Of a DNA stretch of 64,000 bases, positions 53,201 through 64,000 are shown in pieces. The stretch lies in NCBI GenBank assembly GCA_964016885.1, contig CAXHJY010000988.1, forward strand, positions 102,147-166,146. Reading direction: 5' to 3'. The notes under the pieces are model-generated. The model saw nothing but the letters and a program-made list of their open reading frames with translations, made no database searches and was not told where the DNA came from. This stretch comes from Eledone cirrhosa (lineage: Eukaryota). Position 1 is the first letter of the stretch. Each line of letters opens with the position of its first letter. Made by a program: the position numbers and the translations under genes.

Positions 53201-56200
53201 AACTACAGTCTGAGAGAGGAGGAACAGGCCAGTTGGCTGCACCAAACCCCTATCACAGTAGAACTACAGTCTGAGAGAGGAGGAACAGGCCAGTTGGCTG
53301 CACCAAACCCCTATCACAGTAGAACTACAGTCTGAGAGAGGAGGAACAGGCCAGTTGGCTGCACCAAACCCCTATCACAGTAGAACTACAGTCTGGGAGA
53401 GGAGGAACAGGACAGTTGGCTGCACCAAACCCCTATCACAGTGGAACTACAGTCTGAGAGAGGAGGAACAGGCCAGTTGGCTGCACCAAACCCCTATCAC
53501 AGTAGAACTACAGTCTGAGAGAGGAGGAACAGGACAGTTGGCTGCACCAAACCCCTATCACAGTAGAACTACAGTCTGGGAGAGGAGGAACAGGACAGTT
53601 GGCTGCACCAAACCCCTATCACAGTGGAACTACAGTCTGAGAGAGGAGGAACAGGCCAGTTGGCTGCACCAAACCCCTATCACAGTAGAACTACAGTCTG
53701 AGAGAGGAGGAACAGGCCAGTTGGCTGCACCAAACCCCTATCACAGTAGAACTACAGTCTGGGAGAGGAGGAACAGGACAGTTGGCTGCACCAAACCCAT
53801 ATCACAGTGGAACTACAGTCTGGAAGAGGAGGAACAGGCCAGTTGGCTGCACCAAACCCCTATCACAGTAGAACTACAGTCTGAGAGAGGAGGAACAGGC
53901 CAGTTGGCTGCACCAAACCCCTATCACAGTAGAACTACAGTCTGGGAGAGGAGGAACAGGACAGTTGGCTGCACCAAACCCCTATCACAGTGGAACTACA
54001 GTCTGGGAGAGGAGGAACAGGACAGTTGGCTGCACCAAACCCCTATCACAGTGGAACTACAGTCTGAGAGAGGAGGAACAGGCCAGTTGGCTGCACCAAA
54101 CCCCTATCACAGTAGAACTACAGTCTGAGAGAGGAGGAACAGGCCAGTTGGCTGCACCAAACCCCTATCACAGTAGAACTACAGTCTGGGAGGGGAGGAA
54201 CAGGACAGTTGGCTGCACCAAACCCATATCACAGTGGAACTACAGTCTGGGAGAGGAGGAACAGGACAGTTGGCTGCACCAAACCCCTATCACAGTGGAA
54301 CTACAGTCTGAGAGAGGAGGAACAGGACAGTTGGCTGCACCAAACCCCTATCACAGTAGAACTACAGTCTGGGAGAGGAGGAACAGGACAGCTGGCTGCA
54401 CCAAACCCCTATCACAGTAGAACTACAGTCTGGGAGAGGAGGAACAGGACAGTTGGCTGCACCAAACCCCTATCACAGTGGAACTACAGTCTGGGAGAGG
54501 AGGAACAGGACAGTTGGCTGCACCAAACCCCTATCACAGTAGAACTACAGTCAGGGAGAGGAGGAACAGGACAGTTGGCTGCACCAAACCCCTATCACAG
54601 TAGAACTACAGTCTGGGAGAGGAGGAACAGGACAGTTGGCTGCACCAAACCACTATCACAGTGGAACTACAGTCTGGGAGAGGAGGAACAGGACAGTTGG
54701 CTGCACCAAACCCCTATCACAGTAGAACTACAGTCTGGGAGAGGAGGAACAGGACAGTTGGCTGCACCAAACCCCTATCACAGTAGAACTACAGTCTGAG
54801 AGAGGAGGAACAGGACAGTTGGCTGCACCAAACCCCTATCACAGTAGAACTACAGTCAGGGAGAGGAGGAACAGGACAGTTGGCTGCACCAAACCCCTAT
54901 CACAGTAGAACTACAGTCAGGGAGAGGAGGAACAGGACAGTTGGCTGCACCAAACCCCTATCACAGTAGAACTACAGTCAGGGAGAGGAGGAACAGGACA
55001 GTTGGCTGCACCAAACCCCTATCACAGTGGAACTACAGTCTGGGAGAGGAGGAACAGGACAGTTGGCTGCACCAAACCCCTATCACAGTAGAACTACAGT
55101 CTGGGAGAGGAGGAACAGGACAGTTGGCTGCACCAAACCCCTATCACAGTAGAACTACAGTCTGGAGAGGAGGAACAGGACAGTTGGCTGCACCAAACCC
55201 CTATCACAGTAGAACTACAGTCTGGGAGAGGAGGAACAGGACAGTTGGCTGCACCAAACCCCTATCACAGTAGAACTACAGTCTGAGAGGAGGAACAGGA
55301 CAGTTGGCTGCACCAAACCCTATCACAGTAGAACTACAGTCTGGGAGAGGAGGAACAGGACAGTTGGCTGCACCAAACCCCTATCACAGTAGAACTACAG
55401 TCTGGGAGAGGAGGAACAGGACAGTTGGCTGCACCAAACCCCTATCACAGTAGAACTACAGTCTGGGAGAGGAGGAACAGGACAGTTGGCTGCACCAAAC
55501 CCCTATCACAGTAGAACTACAGTCTGGAGAGGAGGAACAGGACAGTTGGCTGCACCAAACCCCTATCACAGTAGAACTACAGTCTGGGAGAGGAGGAACA
55601 GGACAGTTGGCTGCACCAAACCCCTATCACAGTGGAACTACAGTCTGGGAGAGGAGGAACAGGACAGTTGGCTGCACCAAACCCCTATCACAGTAGAACT
55701 ACAGTCTGGAGAGGAGGAACAGGACAGTTGGCTGCACCAAACCCCTATCACAGTAGAACTACAGTCTGAGAGAGGAGGAACAGGACAGTTGGCTGCACCA
55801 AACCCCTATCACAGTAGAACTACAGTCTGGAGAGGAGGAACAGGACAGTTGGCTGCACCAAACCCCTATCACAGTAGAACTACAGTCTGGGAGAGGAGGA
55901 ACAGGACAGTTGGCTGCACCAAACCCCTATCACAGTAGAACTACAGTCTGGGAGAGGAGGAACAGGACAGTTGGCTGCACCAAACCCTATCACAGTAGAA
56001 CTACAGTCTGGGAGAGGAGGAACAGGACAGTTGGCTGCACCAAACCCCTATCACAGTAGAACTACAGTCTGGGAGAGGAGGAACAGGACAGTTGGCTGCA
56101 CCAAACCCCTATCACAGTGGAACTACAGTCTGGAGAGGAGGAACAGGACAGTTGGCTGCACCAAACCCCTATCACAGTAGAACTACAGTCTGGAGAGGAG

Positions 56201-59200
56201 GAACAGGACAGTTGGCTGCACCAAACCCTATCACAGTAGAACTACAGTCTGGAGAGGAGGAACAGGACAGTTGGCTGCACCAAACCCCTATCACAGTAGA
56301 ACTACAGTCTGGGAGAGGAGGAACAGGACAGTTGGCTGCACCAAACCCCTATCACAGTAGAACTACAGTCTGGAGAGGAGGAACAGGACAGTTGGCTGCA
56401 CCAAACCCTATCACAGTGAACTACAGTCTGGAGAGGAGGAACAGGACAGTTGGCTGCACCAAACCCCTATCACAGTGGAACTACAGTCTGGGAGAGGAGG
56501 AACAGGACAGTTGGCTGCACCAAACCCCTATCACAGTAGAACTACAGTCTGGGAGAGGAGGAACAGGACAGTTGGCTGCACCAAACCCCTATCACAGTGA
56601 ACTACAGTCTGGGAGAGGAGGAACAGGACAGTTGGCTGCACCAAACCCCTATCACAGTGGAACTACAGTCTGGGAGAGGAGGAACAGGACAGTTGGCTGC
56701 ACCAAACCCCTATCACAGTAGAACTACAGTCTGGGAGAGGAGGAACAGGACAGTTGGCTGCACCAAACCCCTATCACAGTGGAACTACAGTCTGGAGAGG
56801 AGGAACAGGACAGTTGGCTGCACCAAACCCTATCACAGTAGAACTACAGTCTGGAGAGGAGGAACAGGACAGTTGGCTGCACCAAACCCCTATCACAGTG
56901 GAACTACAGTCTGGGAGAGGAGGAACAGGACAGTTGGCTGCACCAAACCCCTATCACAGTGAACTACAGTCTGGGAGAGGAGGAACAGGACAGTTGGCTG
57001 CACCAAACCCCTATCACAGTAGAACTACAGTCTGGGAGAGGAGGAACAGGACAGTTGGCTGCACCAAACCCCTATCACAGTAGAACTACAGTCTGAGAGA
57101 GGAGGAACAGGACAGTTGGCTGCACCAAACCCCTATCACAGTGGAACTACAGTCTGGGAGAGGAGGAACAGGACAGTTGGCTGCACCAAACCCCTATCAC
57201 AGTGGAACTACAGTCTGGAGAGGAGGAACAGGACAGTTGGCTGCACCAAACCCCTATCACAGTAGAACTACAGTCTGGGAGAGGAGGAACAGGACAGTTG
57301 GCTGCACCAAACCCCTATCACAGTAGAACTACAGTCTGGGAGAGGAGGAACAGGACAGTTGGCTGCACCAAACCCCTATCACAGTAGAACTACAGTCTGG
57401 GAGAGGAGGAACAGGACAGTTGGCTGCACCAAACCCCTATCACAGTAGAACTACAGTCTGGGAGAGGAGGAACAGGACAGTTGGCTGCACCAAACCCCTA
57501 TCACAGTAGAACTACAGTCTGGGAGAGGAGGAACAGGACAGTTGGCTGCACCAAACCCCTATCACAGTGAACTACAGTCTGGAGAGGAGGAACAGGACAG
57601 TTGGCTGCACCAAACCCCTATCACAGTGGAACTACAGTCTGGGAGAGGAGGAACAGGACAGTTGGCTGCACCAAACCCCTATCACAGTGGAACTACAGTC
57701 TGGGAGAGGAGGAACAGGACAGTTGGCTGCACCAAACCCCTATCACAGTAGAACTACAGTCTGGGAGAGGAGGAACAGGACAGTTGGCTGCACCAAACCC
57801 CTATCACAGTGGAACTACAGTCTGGAGAGGAGGAACAGGACAGTTGGCTGCACCAAACCCCTATCACAGTGGAACTACAGTCTGGGAGAGGAGGAACAGG
57901 ACAGTTGGCTGCACCAAACCCCTATCACAGTAGAACTACAGTCTGGAGAGGAGGAACAGGACAGTTGGCTGCACCAAACCCCTATCACAGTGGAACTACA
58001 GTCTGGGAGAGGAGGAACAGGACAGTTGGCTGCACCAAACCCCTATCACAGTGGAACTACAGTCTGGGAGAGGAGGAACAGGACAGTTGGCTGCACCAAA
58101 CCCCTATCACAGTGGAACTACAGTCTGGGAGAGGAGGAACAGGACAGTTGGCTGCACCAAACCCCTATCACAGTGGAACTACAGTCTGGGAGAGGAGGAA
58201 CAGGACAGTTGGCTGCACCAAACCCCTATCACAGTGGAACTACAGTCTGAGAGAGGAGGAACAGGACAGTTGGCTGCACCAAACCCCTATCACAGTGGAA
58301 CTACAGTCTGGGAGAGGAGGAACAGGACAGTTGGCTGCACCAAACCCCTATCACAGTGGAACTACAGTCTGGAGAGGAGGAACAGGACAGTTGGCTGCAC
58401 CAAACCCCTATCACAGTGGAACTACAGTCTGGGAGAGGAGGAACAGGACAGTTGGCTGCACCAAACCCCTATCACAGTGGAACTACAGTCTGAGAGAGGA
58501 GGAACAGGACAGTTGGCTGCACCAAACCCTATCACAGTGAACTACAGTCTGGAGAGGAGGAACAGGACAGTTGGCTGCACCAAACCCCTATCACAGTGGA
58601 ACTACAGTCTGAGAGAGGAGGAACAGGACAGTTGGCTGCACCAAACCCCTATCACAGTGAACTACAGTCTGAGAGAGGAGGAACAGGACAGTTGGCTGCA
58701 CCAAACCCCTATCACAGTGGAACTACAGTCTGAGAGAGGAGGAACAGGACAGTTGGCTGCACCAAACCCCTATCACAGTGAACTACAGTCTGGGAGAGGA
58801 GGAACAGGACAGTTGGCTGCACCAAACCCCTATCACAGTGGAACTACAGTCTGGGAGAGGAGGAACAGGACAGTTGGCTGCACCAAACCCCTATCACAGT
58901 GGAACTACAGTCTGGAGAGGAGGAACAGGACAGTTGGCTGCACCAAACCCCTATCACAGTGGAACTACAGTCTGGGAGAGGAGGAACAGGACAGTTGGCT
59001 GCACCAAACCCCTATCACAGTGGAACTACAGTCTGAGAGAGGAGGAACAGGACAGTTGGCTGCACCAAACCCCTATCACAGTGGAACTACAGTCTGGGAG
59101 AGGAGGAACAGGACAGTTGGCTGCACCAAACCCCTATCACAGTGGAACTACAGTCTGGAGAGGAGGAACAGGACAGTTGGCTGCACCAAACCCCTATCAC

Positions 59201-62200
59201 AGTAGAACTACAGTCTGAGAGAGGAGGAACAGGACAGTTGGCTGCACCAAACCCCTATCACAGTGGAACTACAGTCTGAGAGAGGAGGAACAGGACAGTT
59301 GCTGCACCAAACCCCTATCACAGTGGAACTACAGTCTGGGAGAGGAGGAACAGGACAGTTGGCTGCACCAAACCCCTATCACAGTGAACTACAGTCTGAG
59401 AGAGGAGGAACAGGACAGTTGGCTGCACCAAACCCCTATCACAGTGGAACTACAGTCTGGGAGAGGAGGAACAGGACAGTTGGCTGCACCAAACCCCTAT
59501 CACAGTGGAACTACAGTCTGAGAGAGGAGGAACAGGACAGTTGGCTGCACCAAACCCCTATCACAGTGGAACTACAGTCTGAGAGAGGAGGAACAGGACA
59601 GTTGGCTGCACCAAACCCCTATCACAGTGGAACTACAGTCTGAGAGAGGAGGAACAGGACAGTTGGCTGCACCAAACCCCTATCACAGTAGAACTACAGT
59701 CTGGGAGAGGAGGAACAGGACAGTTGGCTGCACCAAACCCCTATCACAGTGGAACTACAGTCTGAGAGAGGAGGAACAGGACAGTTGGCTGCACCAAACC
59801 CCTATCACAGTGGAACTACAGTCTGAGAGAGGAGGAACAGGACAGTTGGCTGCACCAAACCCCTATCACAGTGGAACTACAGTCTGGGAGAGGAGGAACA
59901 GGACAGTTGGCTGCACCAAACCCCTATCACAGTGGAACTACAGTCTGGGAGAGGAGGAACAGGACAGTTGGCTGCACCAAACCCCTATCACAGTAGAACT
60001 ACAGTCTGGAGAGGAGGAACAGGACAGTTGGCTGCACCAAACCCCTATCACAGTGGAACTACAGTCTGAGAGAGGAGGAACAGGACAGTTGGCTGCACCA
60101 AACCCCTATCACAGTGGAACTACAGTCTGGGAGAGGAGGAACAGGACAGTTGGCTGCACCAAACCCCTATCACAGTGGAACTACAGTCTGAGAGAGGAGG
60201 AACAGGACAGTTGGCTGCACCAAACCCTATCACAGTGGAACTACAGTCTGGAGAGGAGGAACAGGACAGTTGGCTGCACCAAACCCCTATCACAGTGGAA
60301 CTACAGTCTGAGAGAGGAGGAACAGGACAGTTGGCTGCACCAAACCCCTATCACAGTGGAACTACAGTCTGGGAGAGGAGGAACAGGACAGTTGGCTGCA
60401 CCAAACCCCTATCACAGTGGAACTACAGTCTGGAGAGGAGGAACAGGACAGTTGGCTGCACCAAACCCCTATCACAGTGGAACTACAGTCTGAGAGAGGA
60501 GGAACAGGACAGTTGGCTGCACCAAACCCCTATCACAGTGGAACTACAGTCTGGGAGAGGAGGAACAGGACAGTTGGCTGCACCAAACCCCTATCACAGT
60601 GAACTACAGTCTGAGAGAGGAGGAACAGGACAGTTGGCTGCACCAAACCCCTATCACAGTAGAACTACAGTCTGGAGAGGAGGAACAGGACAGTTGGCTG
60701 CACCAAACCCCTATCACAGTGGAACTACAGTCTGAGAGAGGAGGAACAGGACAGTTGGCTGCACCAAACCCCTATCACAGTAGAACTACAGTCTGAGAGA
60801 GGAGGAACAGGACAGTTGGCTGCACCAAACCCCTATCACAGTAGAACTACAGTCTGAGAGAGGAGGAACAGGACAGTTGGCTGCACCAAACCCCTATCAC
60901 AGTAGAACTACAGTCTGGAGAGGAGGAACAGGACAGTTGGCTGCACCAAACCCCTATCACAGTAGAACTACAGTCTGAGAGAGGAGGAACAGGACAGTTG
61001 GCTGCACCAAACCCCTATCACAGTGGAACTACAGTCTGGGAGAGGAGGAACAGGACAGTTGGCTGCACCAAACCCCTATCACAGTAGAACTACAGTCTGA
61101 GAGAGGAGGAACAGGACAGTTGGCTGCACCAAACCCCTATCACAGTAGAACTACAGTCTGAGAGAGGAGGAACAGGACAGTTGGCTGCACCAAACCCCTA
61201 TCACAGTGGAACTACAGTCTGGGAGAGGAGGAACAGGACAGTTGGCTGCACCAAACCCATATCACAGTGGAACTACAGTCTGGAGAGGAGGAACAGGCCA
61301 GTTGCTGCACCAAACCCCTATCACAGTAGAACTACAGTCTGGGAGAGGAGGAACAGGACAGTTGGCTGCACCAAACCCCTATCACAGTAGAACTACAGTC
61401 TGAGAGAGGAGGAACAGGCCAGTTGGCTGCACCAAACCCCTATCACAGTAGAACCACAGTCTGGGAGAGGAGGAACAGGACAGTTGGCTGCACCAAACCC
61501 CTATCACAGTGGAACTACAGTCTGAGAGAGGAGGAACAGGACAGTTGGCTGCACCAAACCCCTATCACAGTAGAACTACAGTCTGAGAGAGGAGGAACAG
61601 GACAGTTGGCTGCACCAAACCCCTATCACAGTGGAACTACAGTCTGAGAGAGGAGGAACAGGACAGTTGGCTGCACCAAACCCCTATCACAGTGGAACTA
61701 CAGTCTGAGAGAGGAGGAACAGGACAGTTGGCTGCACCAAACCCCTATCACAGTGGAACTACAGTCTGGGAGAGGAGGAACAGGACAGTTGGCTGCACCA
61801 AACCCCTATCACAGTGGAACTACAGTCTGAGAGAGGAGGAACAGGACAGTTGGCTGCACCAAACCCCTATCACAGTGGAACTACAGTCTGGGAGAGGAGG
61901 AACAGGACAGTTGGCTGCACCAAACCCCTATCACAGTAGAACTACAGTCTGAGAGAGGAGGAACAGGACAGTTGGCTGCACCAAACCCCTATCACAGTGG
62001 AACTACAGTCTGGGAGAGGAGGAACAGGACAGTTGGCTGCACCAAACCCCTATCACAGTAGAACTACAGTCTGGGAGAGGAGGAACAGGACAGTTGGCTG
62101 CACCAAACCCCTATCACAGTAGAACTACAGTCTGAGAGAGGAGGAACAGGACAGTTGGCTGCACCAAACCCCTATCACAGTAGAACCTACAGTCTGGGAG

Positions 62201-64000
62201 AGGAGGAACAGGACAGTTGGCTGCACCAAACCCCTATCACAGTAGAACTACAGTCTGAGAGAGGAGGAACAGGCCAGTTGGCTGCACCAAACCCCTATCA
62301 CAGTAGAACTACAGTCTGAGAGAGGAGGAACAGGCCAGTTGGCTGCACCAAACCCCTATCACAGTAGAACCACAGTCTGGGAGAGGAGGAACAGGACAGT
62401 TGGCTGCACCAAACCCCTATCACAGTAGAACTACAGTCTGGGAGAGGAGGAACAGGACAGTTGGCTGCACCAAACCCCTATCACAGTAGAACCACAGTCT
62501 GGGAGAGGAGGAACAGGACAGTTGGCTGCACCAAACCCCTATCACAGTGGAACTACAGTCTGGGAGAGGAGGAACAGGACAGTTGGCTGCACCAAACCCC
62601 TATCACAGTAGAACTACAGTCTGAGAGAGGAGGAACAGGCCAGTTGGCTGCACCAAACCCCTATCACAGTAGAACCACAGTCTGGGAGAGGAGGAACAGG
62701 ACAGTTGGCTGCACCAAACCCCTATCACAGTAGAACTACAGTCTGAGAGAGGAGGAACAGGACAGTTGGCTGCACCAAACCCCTATCACAGTAGAACTAC
62801 AGTCTGAGAGAGGAGGAACAGGACAGTTGGCTGCACCAAACCCCTATCACAGTAGAACCACAGTCTGGGAGAGAGGAACAGGACAGTTGGCTGCACCAAA
62901 CCCCTATCACAGTAGAACTACAGTCTGAGAGAGGAGGAACAGGCCAGTTGGCTGCACCAAACCCCTATCACAGTAGAACCTACAGTCTGGGAGAGGAGGA
63001 ACAGGCCAGTTGGCTGCACCAAACCCCTATCACAGTAGAACCACAGTCTGGGAGAGGAGGAACAGGACAGTTGGCTGCACCAAACCCCTATCACAGTAGA
63101 ACTACAGTCTGAGAGAGGAGGAACAGGCCAGTTGGCTGCACCAAACCCCTATCACAGTAGAACTACAGTCTGGAGAGGAGGAACAGGACAGTTGGCTGCA
63201 CCAAACCCCTATCACAGTGGAACTACAGTCTGATAGAGGAGGAACAGGACAGTTGGCTGCACCAAACCCCTATCACAGTGGAACTACAGTCTGGAGAGGA
63301 GGAACAGGACAGTTGGCTGCACCAAACCCCTATCACAGTAGAACCTACAGTCTGGGAGAGGAGGAACAGGACAGTTGGCTGCACCAAACCCCTATCACAG
63401 TAGAACTACAGTCTGAGAGAGGAGGAACAGGACAGTTGCTGCACCAAACCCCTATCACAGTGAACTACAGTCTGGGAGAGGAGGAACAGGCCAGTTGGCT
63501 GCACCAAACCCCTATCACAGTAGAACCACAGTCTGGGAGAGGAGGAACAGGACAGTTGGCTGCACCAAACCCCTATCACAGTAGAACTACAGTCTGAGAG
63601 AGGAGGAACAGGACAGTTGGCTGCACCAAACCCCTATCACAGTAGAACTACAGTCTGAGAGAGGAGGAACAGGACAGTTGGCTGCACCAAACCCCTATCA
63701 CAGTAGAACCACAGTCTGGGAGAGGAGGAACAGGACAGTTGGCTGCACCAAACCCCTATCACAGTAGAACCACAGTCTGGGAGAGGAGGAACAGGACAGT
63801 TGGCTGCACCAAACCCCTATCACAGTAGAACTACAGTCTGAGAGAGGAGGAACAGGCCAGTTGGCTGCACCAAACCCCTATCACAGTAGAACCACAGTCT
63901 GGAGAGGAGGAACAGGACAGTTGGCTGCACCAAACCCCTATCACAGTAGAACCACAGTCTGGGAGAGGAGGAACAGGACAGTTGGCTGCACCAAACCCCT
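50226..64000. repeat. 61-bp tandem satellite, ~225 units, continues beyond the window
   Basis: Unit gagaggaggaacagg(a/c)cagttggctgcaccaaacccctatcacagt(a/g)gaactacagtctg(g/a). No spacers. Confidence 0.98.

Noticed and set aside
50226-64000. CRISPR-like array or repeat-protein gene
   Set aside because: Head-to-tail units without unique spacers, no cas genes, eukaryotic context. The ORFs are frame-cycling artefacts with frequent stops.

Overview
Eukaryotic, gene-free, repeat-saturated genomic DNA. The repeat repertoire resembles a coleoid cephalopod such as Octopus (inference from recalled repeat families, not verified). I can support no host protein-coding exon, rRNA, tRNA gene or CRISPR array. 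About 40% of the window is two giant tandem arrays: an ~11.5 kb (ATCATTACT)n 9-mer and a >13.7 kb 61-bp satellite running off the right end. The rest is a mosaic of decayed transposons: several Penelope-like elements (PLE; RT + GIY-YIG), including a 4.4-kb head-to-head palindromic insertion nested inside a hAT MITE; an RTE LINE; R4/Dong-like RLE elements stacked in (TATG)n; CRE-like and Tx1-like 3' ends; a deleted mariner; piggyBac-, mariner- and pogo-type MITEs; and tRNA-derived SINEs. The most striking hidden signal is a dense set of type I hammerhead ribozyme (HHR) motifs, folded by eye from CUGANGA...GAAA...UH with paired stems. There are about 14 clear or near-canonical copies plus degenerate ones, from roughly 8 unrelated sequence families. 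Many lie in small non-coding elements arranged as an inverted copy plus a partial tandem next to (TA)n tracts, which makes them retrozyme/mini-PLE candidates. All coordinates were read by eye, and element boundaries may be off by some bases.
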